The notes beneath the pieces are model-generated. The model ran no database searches. It saw nothing but the letters and a program-made list of their open reading frames with translations, and was not told the DNA's origin. This document shows, piece after piece, positions 12,628 through 24,508 of a DNA stretch of 64,000 bases (position 1 is the first letter of the stretch; every line of letters starts with the position of its first letter). Position numbers and translations under genes: made by a program. Source of the stretch: Octopus vulgaris (lineage: Eukaryota); the NCBI GenBank assembly GCA_951406725.2, contig OX597829.1:3782001-3846000 (forward strand). Direction: 5' to 3'.

Positions 12628-13504
12628 TGGCTGTGTGGTAAGAAGTTTGCATCCCAACCACATGGATCTGGGTTCAGTCCAACTGCATTGTATCTTGGGC
12701 AAGTGTCTTCTACTATGGCCGACCAAAGCCTTGTGAGTGGTTTTGGGAGACGGAAACTGGAAGAAACCCGTCGTATGAATATATATATATATATATAATA
12801 TATATATATATATATGTGTGTGTATATACACACACATATATATATATATATATTCGGATGCGATATTCGAATATATATATTCGCATCCGAAACCTGGACC
12901 CCGTATAGTCACCACCTGAAAACGCTCGAGAAATTTCACCAACGCTGTCTTCGGAAGATCCTCAACATCAGCTGGGAAGACAGAAGAACTAACGTCAGCG
13001 TGCTGCAAGAAGCAAAAATGACCAGCATCGAAGCCTATGTCATCAAAGGCCAACTAAGATGGAGCGGCCACGTGGTTAGAATGACTGACGAACGACTTCC
13101 CAAACAGATCTTCTACTCCCAACTCAAAGACGGCAAGCGTACAAAAGGAGGCCAGAAGAAACGCTACAAGGACTCCCTGAAATCGAACCTCAAAAAGTGT
13201 GACATTGACTTCACCAACTGGGAGGAAACGGCAAAAAACAGACCACTCTGGAAAACCACCATCCATGAGGGAACGGCGAATTTCGAGTCGAAAAGGTCTG
13301 CAGAGCTGGAGGAGAAAAGACAACGACGGAAGGAGCGCCAACAACAACCACGTGCGACTCTCCTTCCGGCACTAGATGTCCGCACTGTGATCGATCTTTT
13401 CGAGCAAGAATTGGTCTTATCGGTCACCTGCGGACTCACCAATAAATTTGCGCGAAGACCATCATCCTCGACCTTGAGGGATTGCCATAGTAGTAGTAGT
13501 AGTA

Positions 13505-13558
<54 letters not shown>

Positions 13559-13769
13559 GGAGAGATGAGTATATGCTTGTGTGTCCCCTCAGCTTTCGCT
13601 TGACAACTGATGTTGGTGTGTTTATGTCCAATAACGGAGCGGTTCGATAAAAGTGACCGATAAAATAAGTACTAGGCTTACAAAGAATAAGTCCTGGGTT
13701 CACTTTGTTTGACTAAAAGCGGTGCTCCTGCATGGCCGCAGTCAAATGACTGAAGGAAGTAAAAGAATG
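12625..13769 (+). mobile_element. tRNA-derived SINE family A, split by an RTE fragment inserted in its central microsatellite
   Basis: 5' half 12625-12776 (GTGGCTGTGTGGTAAG...CTTGGGCAAGTGTCTT) and 3' half about 13575-13769 (GCTTGACAAC...GCATGGCCGCAGTCAAATGACTGAA) match the intact copy at 31167-31572. Confidence 0.8.
12880..13506 (+). mobile_element. RTE LINE 3' fragment with (TAG)n tail
   Basis: ASETWT, FHQRCLRKIL, QLRWSGHVVRM, ERLPKQIFY, GGQKKRYKD; (TAG)n at 13488-13506. Confidence 0.9.
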
Positions 13770-13793
13770 CATATATGTGTGTGTGTATATATA

Positions 13794-13852
<59 letters not shown>

Positions 13853-13935
13853 GGTGAGACCTCATATTTTTGAATGGCGGTGCCCCAGCATGGCCACAGC
13901 TCGTGAGCTGAAACTAGATAAAATAAAAAAAAAAA

Positions 13936-13976
<41 letters not shown>

Positions 13977-14059
13977 ACGTGCGATGGGTAAATTGTCGCC
14001 ATTTTATATTTTTTGTAATTTTCCGCATACACATTGGGTACTTTTGATTTTGTCGACTA

Positions 14060-14857
14060 CACAGTGTAGCAGGGTCAGTTGGGCACCTTCTGTGAAGAAA
14101 AGAGCAGAAACAGCACCATGACGCAATTGATTCTGCTAGAAATTTGGAAACGACATGCTGTACTGCTTGATATTCGAGCCAGAAGCTCCAGTACGAACAT
14201 TTCTGAGTGTTTGGGTGTCAATCTGGGGACAGTGTAATCTGGGGTCATGTGCCGAGAATGATAAAAATCAAACATCCAGTCAATATCATAGTATAGTGAT
14301 AGCGACGTTATGCCTCCATTCATCTTCCCACACGACCTCAGACTCAAAGCGGAGAGCTACATCAAGTGCCTGACGGATGTACTGCTGCCCTGGGTCAAGA
14401 GGGTGGCTGCTGGAAGACCCTATATCTGGCAACAGGACTCTGCACCATGCCACACTAGAAGGTGAACCCAGTCATGGCTGTCAGACAATTTTTGCGATCA
14501 CGTCACCCCTAACATCTGGCCACCTAATTCCCCAGACTGTGACCCCCTTAATTATTATGTATGGGGCGCAGTTGGGCGAGAGACCAACAAAACTCCTAGT
14601 AGCACCAAAAATGAACTGAAGGCAGGGATTATGGTAGCATTCACCACCTTCAACCAAGAGGCCGTCCAGAAGAGTTGCAGATTCCGAAGTCGTCCGGAGG
14701 GTGTGGTTGAAGCCAATGGCGACTTTACTGAATAAATTTACTCTAAGTATTTCAAGATATTTTTATGCAGTTTTGGTAAATGTATCTTTTAAAATGAGAT
14801 GTCAGTGTTGTTTGCATTTTTGCGAAAATTAGACGACAATTCATTCAGCGCACCCGA
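14060..14857 (+). mobile_element. Decayed Tc1/mariner-superfamily transposon (maT/DD37D-like)
   Basis: Hand translation gives WQQDSAPCHT (about 14427) and WPPNSPDCDPLNYYVWG (about 14517), catalytic-region motifs; deleted and frameshifted. Confidence 0.7.
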
Positions 14858-14859
14858 TA

Positions 14860-15597
14860 TCTATACATATAAATTTGACATGGGCGATTCTTTCTTTTCT
14901 TGGAGTTTACGGTCAAATGGCTGGATGGAATTGCGCGAAAAATTACACAGATGTGTAGAATGATCCGATGGTGGTGCTGGGCTTTGTATTTTTTCATAGC
15001 TCTCATGGTTACCGAGATAATCTACTATAATAATACTCATGTGTTTAGGAATGAGAAAGGAAGGGGTGATAGAGGAATAATGAAGGAAAGGGTGATATAT
15101 TTTTTCATAGCTCCCATGGTTACCGAAAAAATCTGCTATAATACTCTTGTGGTTATGAATGAGAAAGGAAGGGGTGATAGAGGAATAAGGAAAGAAGGGG
15201 GTGATGTCATACTTGGTAGTGGGATGATGAAAATTGTACGCTGAAAAAATAAAATAAACAGTGTTTCAACTCTGTGTGAATATATGTGTGTGTGTATGTA
15301 AAAGGGGGGTATGTGAATGTGTGTGTGTGTGAGTGCATGTGCACGCGCAGGGGAAGTGGGATGGTTCTTCTTTGTTCGCTTAGTATTTGGGTTTATATTT
15401 TGATTTGGTTGAATCTTGGTTGTTTCTTTTTTCTTTTTGTCAGTTATTTTTAGCGTTTTGACAGATAAAGTCATTATAAAATTTTTAAAAATTTTTTTAA
15501 CGTAAGCGTGCCCAAACAAGTCGAATGCTACACAGAGCAGGTTTTACAGCCATATCATCCAAACCGACCGACCGACTAAAACAGGGCTTAGCTGGTA

Positions 15598-15598
<1 letters not shown>
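14860..15598 (+). mobile_element. Non-autonomous Helitron-like element, family H2
   Basis: Homologous end to end with the inverted copy at 37394-37960, which keeps the 3' hairpin and CTAG. Confidence 0.65.
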
Positions 15599-15629
<31 letters not shown>

Positions 15630-15631
<2 letters not shown>

Positions 15632-16010
15632 GAGGCGCAATGGCCCAGTGGTTAGGGCAGCGGACTGGCGGTCGTAGGATCGCGGTTTCGATTCCCAGAC
15701 CGGGCGTTGTGAGTGTTTATTGAGCGAAAACACCTAAAGCTCCACGAGGCTCCGGCAGGGATGGTGGTGATCCCTGCTGTACTCTTTCACCACAACTTTC
15801 TCTCACTCTTACTTCCTGTTTCGGTTGTACCTGTATTTCAAAGGGCCGGCCTTGTCACTCTCTGTGTCACGCTGAATATCCCCGAGAACTACGTTAAAGG
15901 TACACGTGTCTGTGGAGTGCTCAGTCACTTACACGTTAATTTCACGAGCAGGCTGTTCCGTTGATCGGATCAACCGGAACCCTCGTCGTTGTGACCGACG
16001 GAGTGCTTCC
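15630..16010 (+). mobile_element. tRNA-derived SINE family C
   Basis: A box TGGCCCAGTGG, B-box-like GGTTTCGATTCC, tRNA-like head followed by a unique body; lies between (TA)n tracts. Confidence 0.75.
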
Positions 16011-16042
16011 ACCCATCCATATATATATATCCTTTTTTTTTT

Positions 16043-16345
16043 GTCTTTTACTTCTTTCAGTCATTAGACTGCGGCTATGAATTTTTAGTTGAATGTATCG
16101 ACCCCAGTACTTAGTTTTTTTTATAAGCCTAATACTTATCCTAACGGTGTCTTATGCTGAACCGCTAAGTTACGGGGACGTAAACATACCAGCACCGGTT
16201 GGGTGTCAGACACATAGATGTGTTTACATATGTACGACAGGCTCATTTCAGTTTCCACTCGCAAAGCTTTATTCGGCCCGGAGCTATAGTAGGAATCATT
16301 TGCCTGGGAAGCAAGCTTCTTTACCACGCAGCCACGCCTGCGCCT
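16043..16345 (-). mobile_element. SINE family A, partially deleted
   Basis: Reverse complement matches 31167-31572 (CCGCTAAGTTACGGGGACGTAAAC; CTTTACCACGCAGCCACGCCTGCGCC). Confidence 0.7.
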
Positions 16346-16486
16346 GCGCCTGTGTGTGTGTGTGTGTCTGTGTGTATATATATATATGTGTGTGTGTATG
16401 TGTATATATATATATGTGTGTGTGTATGTGTATATATATATATGTGTGTGTGTGTGTGTATGTGTATATATATATATGTGTGTGTG

Positions 16487-16517
<31 letters not shown>

Positions 16518-16690
16518 ATTCATCTACTTATCTGGTTACTTACACAGATACATATAGAATATAGATATATTAAACACATATACACCCATCATCCATTGCT
16601 AGCATTGAAATCCAGACTCTCAATGAGCGATAAGAGACGAGTGTGCATGTATGTGTGTGGGCTTTTTACACTCACACACACACACACATA

Positions 16691-16766
<76 letters not shown>

Positions 16767-16859
16767 TATATATATATTTACTTTTTTTCACCCGACCTTT
16801 AAGTGACGAGGACATAAATCTACAACAGTCATCAAAAGGGGCGGCGCAAATACATGGAC

Positions 16860-16895
<36 letters not shown>

Positions 16896-17292
16896 AATTA
16901 TCAACGATCAACGCCATCATCTTACACACAAATGTATGTATATACGTCTGTCTTTATATTGTTGGCTGACATACACTTTCTGTGTACTGAACGCACTCAC
17001 ATTAGTTTGCTCGGGGCTATAATATAGGAGGCGTTCCCCAAAGTACCTCGCAATGGAACTGAACCCGAAAACACGGTTGCGAAGTGAGGTTCTTAACAAC
17101 AGGGTTTTTATATACATGGTGCTCCAGGATGTAACGCTCTTTTTGCATCGAATAACTTTTATAGTATATAAATGTTTATTAAGTAATTTTTTATTGAACA
17201 CAAACTTATTGCGTTACTTAAGGAAACGAATAATAAACTAATGAAAAAAAGATCTCGAAAGTTTTAGGAAATAACAAAAAAACTCAATTAGA

Positions 17293-17720
17293 AGATCTTT
17301 TCGGTTTGAACGGCAGTTTTTTCTAGCGGTGTCATATGAAATTGTCACCCATAATTATGACCCTAGTAGCGATCTATTGCATTTCAATCTCTTTTAGGGT
17401 TAGGGTTAGTTAGGGGTGGGTGAAGGGTATCTTTTTTACTTCACAAATGTAAATAAACCCAATCTGTTTCTTAAACGAGGGACATATTCATACGGCACAG
17501 AATGCTTTTTAACTCAATAGACGTCACTGATTGGTTGAAATTGCAGAAATTGAAAAAAAACCCAAAAAAACAAGAAATATGTTACAAACTATAGAATTTT
17601 CTCAATAAAGCGAAGAGAAAAAGATGTTTTATAAACACATTCTACCAGTATACGAAGTTTAAAAGTGTTTAGTTACGTGGAAAATATTTTAAAAAACTGC
17701 CGGTCAAACCGAAAAGATCC
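17293..17720 (-). mobile_element. ~420-bp MITE, GGATCTTTTCGG TIR family, copy 1
   Basis: ~28-bp TIRs (G/A)GATCTTTTCGGTTTGA(A/C)CGGCAGTTTTT; perfect 8-bp TSD CAATTAGA; internal TTAGGGTTAGGGTTAG. Confidence 0.9.
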
Positions 17721-17779
17721 CAATTAGAAACTAGAAATCTCAAATACAGAAAAGCGTTACTTCTGCCGCACTCTGTATA

Positions 17780-18937
17780 TCTACTACATATGTGGAAAAT
17801 CGGTGTGTGTTTATTTGTGGAGTTGTTAGCTAACTCCTCCTAGATCGTTTCATTGATTTTGATGTAGCTTGACACATGAGTAGAACTCATGTCTAGAAAC
17901 CTCGTGACATACTTAGATTGTTTAAAAAAATCGATAATACGGCCCCTGGAAGGGATCTTTATATCTACCTCATATAACTATTTTTAAAACACCTATAGGA
18001 AATAGCCCATAGCACACATACAATATATATTTTAAACACTCAAGGGAAATAACGCATTTCTTTGTTTATGTTCGATTACTTTGAATATTGATTTTTTTGT
18101 GTCCTATTTCTAATTTTTGCAGACAATATCACTTTTATACTTTATTTGACACGTGAGTAGAACTCGTGTCTGGAAACCTCGTAACATATTTAGATTGTTG
18201 GAAAAAAAAAATCGATAATAGGGCCCTTCCAATGGATCCTTCTATCAACAACATATTACTAATATTTTATTTAAACAACCCAAGGGAAATAACCTATACC
18301 ACCTGCAGATTTTAGCGAAGCGATCAGTATTTCATTCTCACGATCAGCTGACCTAATTCTGTATTTCACTACTCACAGTTTTGAACTGCTAAACATTATT
18401 ATTGCACTTCCTTAATTTGAATCTTAAACCTTAACGACTTCATTCATACATTTCTATACATACATACTTTTTTGAATGACCATCAATCCGATAATTCTGT
18501 ATTTTTACAGTCACACTTTTTCCATGACAATAGATAATTTTTTTTATTCCACAACGTATGTGTCGTGGCTTCATGCAGGCATCGCGTGTATTCGATCCCC
18601 GATTGCCAAATTTCACTTAACACTTCAACAGCGCTTTTCTCGCTGTAAAACAATTTTCTGTGAATGACTGCAGTTATACATTCCCTAGATGTCTTCCCTA
18701 GACAGAATAATGACTTTGCCTTTCGCCAACCTCCGACAATCTTTCTCACCAACCTCCGACAATCTTTCTCGCCAACCTCCAACAATCTCATCCTCCTCCA
18801 GCTGACAGTTTTTGTACTTTTCGTGACGGAAAACACACCTTTTGTGGCAGTTATAGCGAAATTGCTTTCTTATATCAGAGTAATAAGGCGTTTCAGTAGA
18901 ACAGCTTTACCCCCGGTAATTACCGGGTACACCAGCT

Positions 18938-18939
<2 letters not shown>
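17780..18939 (+). mobile_element. Non-autonomous Helitron-like element
   Basis: 5' A|TCTACTAC; internal duplication (about 17870-18010 vs 18146-18295); 3' hairpin CCCGGTAATTACCGGG (18912-18927) then CTTG|T. Confidence 0.65.
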
Positions 18940-18985
<46 letters not shown>

Positions 18986-18986
<1 letters not shown>

Positions 18987-20262
18987 GAGGGGCGTTCAAT
19001 AAGTAATGCCCCTGACCCACTTCCCATAGCAGTTGAGCAACGAAACTTGGCACAGTTATTAGTCTTTTTCTACATAGGAACCACCCAGAGTTACGCATTT
19101 CTCCCATCGTTTGATGCGGCTCTGGAGACCGTTTTTGTAGAAGAACCCAGCTTGGTCCTCCAACCTCAACGTGACTTCAGAAATCAAGGCTGCATCATCT
19201 GGGAAACGCTTTCCTTTCAAAAACAACTTCATGATTGGGAAGAGGTGAAAATCAGAGGGTGCAAGGTCAGGAAAGTAGGGGGGATGGGGAGGAGTTCATA
19301 GCCATACGCCTGTGCTTCTGATCTGGCGACAAGCGAGTTGTGGACCGGAGCGTTGTCCTGCAGGAGGAGGATGCCTTCGCTGATATTGCCCCGCCTCTTG
19401 ATTTTGATAACTTCTCTTAATTTCCTCAAAAGTGAAGCAATTGTGGTACCCTTTGCCAGGAAATCTGTCATCACTACTCCGTCCTGGTCCCAGAAGACTG
19501 TGAGCATGACCTTGCCAGCGGAGGGCTGCACCCTTGCCTTCTTTGGAGGGGGTGAGTCACGGTGCTTCCACTGCATTGACTGGGCTTTGGTCTCTGGATC
19601 ATCGTGATGGACCCAGGTTTCATCCTGTGTAATCAGTCTTTTGAAAAATTTTGACTCATCTTCTTGGCACATCTCCCAAATTCACCCTCGAGCACTCGAC
19701 GCGTTCTTGCTTCTGGAAAGGCGCGAGCAACCTGGGAATCCATCTGGCAGACACCTTTTGCATATGCAAATGGTCATGAATGATAGTTTCCATAGACCCA
19801 GTACTAATCTTGACCTCATGGGCTATTTGGCGAATAATTATGCGTCGATCTTCCAAAATGGCAGCCTCAACTTGACGGACAGATGCCTCATCAATGGCAG
19901 AAGGGGGCGACCAGATCTGGGAGCTGTTTCCACAGAGTTCCGACCATGTTTGAATTCACGATGCCAGCGTTTTACAAGGTCATATGATGGAGCATCATCA
20001 CCATAAGTTACTTTCATTTCATCAAAAGTCTCTCGTGGTGTGCGTCCTTTCAAATACAAAAACCGGATCACTGCTCGACACTCAACAGGCTCCATTTCAC
20101 ACTTGACTCGGTTCAAACACCTGTAAATCAGAAACCACAATTAATTCAGAGCTGTAATTTGCCACTTACTCTATAGAGATATAAATGATTGCACATGCAA
20201 AATTTCAGCTAGATCAAACAACTGCAAGTGGGTCAGAGGCATTACTTATTGAACGTCCCTCG
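18986..20262 (-). mobile_element. Full-length (1277 bp) mariner transposon with frameshifted transposase
   Basis: TIRs CGAGGG(G/A)CGTTCAATAAGTAATGCC at both ends; TA on the right flank; ORFs 19838-20140, 19656-19856 and 19229-19672 carry the HTH region, WIPRLL, ITQDETWVHH, KVMLTVFWD and LLQDNAPVH. Confidence 0.95.
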
Positions 20263-20469
20263 TATATACTAATACAATTGTTTGTTTGTATTCCACCTAC
20301 CTTCGTCTTTTGTTTATTTTCATAAAGCTTCCCGTTATATATATATATATATACATGTATATATGTATATATGCATGTATATATATACATGTGTGTATAT
20401 ATATACATGTGTGTATATACGTATATGTATGTATAATACAAAAAACATACATACACATATTATTAAAGA

Positions 20470-20690
20470 TGGCGTGCTGGCAGAATCGTTAGTATGTCGG
20501 GCAAAGTGCTTAGCTACACTTCATTTATCTTCACATTCTGAGTTCAGATTCCGCCGAGGTCGACTTTGCCTTTTCATCCCTCTCCGGATCGATAAAATAA
20601 GTACCAGTTGAGTACTACGGTCGACGTAACCGAGTTGCCTTCTCCCCTAAAATTGCTGGCCTTGTGCCAAAATTTTAAACCATTATTGTT
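20470..20690 (+). mobile_element. tRNA-derived SINE family B
   Basis: GGCG(A/T)GCTGGCAGAATCGTTAG head; conserved core CCGAGGTCGACTTTGCCTTTCATCC...GATAAAATAAGTACCAG; ends in CCATTATT. Confidence 0.8.
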
Positions 20691-20823
20691 ATCATCAAGT
20701 TGCGTGAGGCCGAATGAAACTGTTCTTTAATAATGTAACTCCTACAAAATATGTTAAGTACCTGTTTCTTCCGCTTATGCACTCACCCGTGTGTGCGTGT
20801 GTGTGTTTGAATATAATTGCATA

Positions 20824-20901
<78 letters not shown>

Positions 20902-20979
20902 GCATCTCTATGCGTATGTTTGTATGTGGTACGTCTGTGTATCTATCCCTCACTCTGTTTGTCTGTGTGTGTGTTTATA

Positions 20980-21024
<45 letters not shown>

Positions 21025-21694
21025 CAAGAGAGGGGATGAGAGAGAGAGAGATAGTCTCTTCCTTCCTAGCAGGGTATTTAACTGACCTTGAATGAAGTTA
21101 GGTTCATGTGCGGAACTGGGCCCCTAAAATTCTGGTTGTCATGTCAACACCTCTCTTTATTCACTGCTTCTTATACCCCTCACCCCTCTCCCTGTAGATA
21201 ACAGGTCTTCAGTGATAATGATTCTTTCGTCCCCTTTCCCCCCTCCTCATCGCTATGGGACGTCCCATGTTCTCCTTGTCTTGTCAACACTCTCGTATAT
21301 TTATAGACTGTACTCCTCTCCCTTTCATCAAAACAAGTGATTCTAGCTGAACTCACTGGTGCCATATTACCGTATTAAGGTGAAATGGAGGAAGCCCCCA
21401 AGACTGAAGAAATACTGGAGTTTAACCATCAGTTTGAGAATTAATCTTCCAAATCAGAATCCTTGGCATTGAGGTTAAGTCCGTGAGGGTTTCTGTTGGG
21501 GAATATCTGCCCATGATCTTATGCAACGGCGCTCAATTTCTGGGAGAAAGCCAACTGGATCATGGAAGCAGGGTCTATTGTATGCTGTGGATGATAATTA
21601 GGAGTGCCCAGCAGACCTTCCTCAATGGATGATTAAACTGAACATACGTTATTTACATTGGACAGATATTTGTCCTCATCTTGTTTTTTGTTAC

Positions 21695-21737
21695 CACAAC
21701 GTTTCGGCTGATTTACTCTCCAGCCTTCATCAGGTGT
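21695..21737 (-). ncRNA. Type I hammerhead ribozyme motif in PLE pLTR
   Basis: Minus strand reads ACAC-CUGAUGA-A-GGCUG(gagaguaaau)CAGCC-GAAA-CG-UU-GUG: intact core, perfect 5-bp stem II, palindromic minimal stem III. Confidence 0.75.
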
Positions 21738-22800
21738 CTTGGTGGAATTTTGAGCCCAATCCTGGTACTTTTTGGCTGATATTGTTCTTGTTATGTTCAA
21801 GTACTGCTAGATCATGTGAACTCAATAAAACCATCCATACAATTCACAATGGAAAAGGAAAAAGACAATCAGCTAGCATTCCTTGATGTATTAATAGCAC
21901 GCACGGGTTTAGGACATCCGTATACCGCAAGCCAACCTTCACTGGACGATACCACATCTTCAATTCCCACCATCCATACAGTGCAAAGAGAGGGATTGCT
22001 CAGTGCCTAAAATATCGAGCAAAGAATATAAGCTTCGATCTTGATACACACCACGAAGAAATGATCAAGCTCAGTAATAATCTATTAAGCAACAACTGGC
22101 ACCAAAACATACTCTTCACTCCAATTAGGAAGAGAAGAGAGGATGAAACCAATAAACTGTCCCCAGTCTGTCTACCCTATGTGAAAGGCCTCTCGTAAAA
22201 GGTACAAAAGATATATGGCCCATATGACATCAGGACAGTATTCAAGAGTAATACAACACTTCGCAACTATCTCCTTCGGCAAAAACCACCAATAGAAGAG
22301 AATATGACCAAAAACTGCGTGTACTCCATCCCATGCAGCTGTGGTTGGTTATACAAAGACGAAATGTGCCACCCACTCAAAATAAGGGTAGGGGAACATC
22401 GCAAAGCTGTGACACGGTGAGATATTGATAAAATCAGGTATAGCTGATCATGTATGGAAAAATAGAGACCACCTCCCCCTGTGGGATGAAGTCAAAATAA
22501 TAGACAGAGAACATCAATGGAAAATACGAAAACTAAAAGAAGCAGCACATATGCTAGGACACAACAACCTCCTAAGCAGACCGATTGCAGATATGAACAG
22601 CATATGGGAACCATATTAAGGAAGGATACAAGAATATTAGGTTTATAAGCCCTAAAATTCACTCCATAATTGTCCACGGACATATAGCGTAATGGTTAAG
22701 AGCACGGGCTATTAACCCCAAAATTGCGTGTTCACTTGCAGGCAGTACCTTGAATAAACAACAACAACTTCAGCAAAAATATACCTTAGGAATGAGAAGG

Positions 22801-22838
22801 CTGATGAAGGCTGGAGAGTAAATCAGTCGAAACGTTGT
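22801..22838 (+). ncRNA. Hammerhead motif in the 3' pLTR (5' strand of stem I lost)
   Basis: CUGAUGA-A-GGCUG...CAGUC-GAAA-CGUU. Confidence 0.55.
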
Positions 22839-24106
22839 AGTAACAAGATGAGGACACATATCCGTCCAATGTAAATAATGTACAGAATTTCTCATCACTA
22901 AAATATAGAACAGTATCAACTAGACATCATCAAGAGTTGTATGAGACCGAACATTTCACTATGCTAGGTGAAAGCAGAATGGACTGAAGAAATATGGCAG
23001 TTTAGCCACGAAATAGAGAGAATTTGGCTTCGAAGCCAAAGTCCTCACCATGAAGGTGGGGGCGTCGTCGTCCTGATGTCCACTTTTCCATGCTTGCACG
23101 GAGTTAATTAAAGCAGCTTTCCTACAGCCAGATACCCTTCCTACCGTCTACGTTCACCTGTTTCCAAGTAAAGTAAATAAATATTTCCCCATGACCAGAT
23201 ATGTTTTCACAAAATATTGGAAACGAAAAGCTACTTGTGTGACAGTAACATTCATTTTCAACTGTTATGCGATCTCGAGACAAGGAGATGCAAACATTCC
23301 CGCAGTCGAATTCACTCGAAAGACATTGTTTGGTCCGAAACCGCAATAGAAGACACTTGCCCCAGGTGCCACGCAGAGGGACTGAACCCGAAACTAGGTG
23401 GTTAGGAACCAAAGTTTTCCATCGCACAGCCACGCCTGTACCTTACGTTTCATAACGCTGCCCATTCCATTCCATCAGTCTTTGAAAACCCTAATATGTA
23501 TAAAGTAGTCACTCCAACGTTGTAACGAGGAGTCTGCCTGTGGTGATGCTGGCGGCGGTGTTTGAAGAGGGTCCTTTTCTCTTTTGCTTTTTATATTTGT
23601 TTTCTATTCATCGCTTCTTCATCCCTCCATCCCCTTACCTTTCTCTTGCTGTTAAATACCCTTTAGTCAAATCGTCTCCGTCTTGTTATCAACACCCTGA
23701 TGTACGTATCTTCAAGTACCCGTCGTCGTCTTTCTAGAATTAATGGGTAGGGGTCAATGGTATCGGTTAAAGCCCCTCGAAATTGATGGCCTTCTGCCTA
23801 AATTATGAGCCATTATCAAGGTAGAAGAACTTGCTAACATAACTGACGTATATTATACAACTAAGTGACTAACTAGGGGGTAGGCGCTCTCGTCAGAATC
23901 TGACGGGAGGAGGGTTGAGTGTTCGTTTGTGTTTAACTTTTCTGTCTTCAATAAAAACGTAAAAATATTTATGTAGATATATATGCGCGCACGTCACGTA
24001 TCTTTACATATAGATACATATAGCTAGCTAGCTAGATATGATTCGTACGTAGATAGATTCGTACGTAGACAGACAGACGGGCAGATGGGTAAGTTGGTAG
24101 GTAGAA

Positions 24107-24337
24107 AGCGAGCTGGCAGAAACGTTAGCACGCCGGGCGAAGTGCTTAGCGGTATTTCGTCTGCCGCCACGTTCTGAGTTCAAATTCCGCCGAGGTCGAC
24201 TTTGCCCTTCATCCTTTCGGGATCGATTAAATAAGTACCAGTTGCGCACTGGGGTCGATATAATCGACTTAATCCGTTTGTCCGTCCTTGTTTGTCCCCT
24301 CTGTGTGTAGCCCCTTGTGGGTAGTAAAAAAATAAGA
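24107..24337 (+). mobile_element. SINE family B, young copy
   Basis: Highly similar to 52993-53220; B box GAGTTCAAATTCC. Confidence 0.85.
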
Positions 24338-24508
24338 AAGCTGTGCGGGCAGATAAGTGATAGGTAGGTAGAAAGATAGATGAACAGATAGATGGATGGC
24401 CGGATGGATAGATAGAGAAGAATAGGGAGACAGGTAGATACATTTAGACAGAGACAGATAGATGTATGATGTTGTTGTTTTTTTTTGTTTTTATTAATGT
24501 AAAAATAA

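Larger units (their letters stand above)
21640..22915 (+). mobile_element. 5'-truncated Penelope-like element (Penelope/Poseidon type) with an inverted pLTR
   Basis: IQFTMEKEKDNQLAFLDVLI (RT C-terminus); CVYSIPCSCG..LY and SGIADHVW (GIY-YIG endonuclease); 21640-21760 is the reverse complement of the terminal repeat at about 22800-22885. Confidence 0.88.

Noticed and set aside
15630-15705. tRNA gene
   Set aside because: The tRNA-like head runs into a SINE body with no proper acceptor stem or terminator.
17394-17416. Interstitial telomere or chromosome fusion scar
   Set aside because: The TTAGGG units are internal to a multi-copy MITE.
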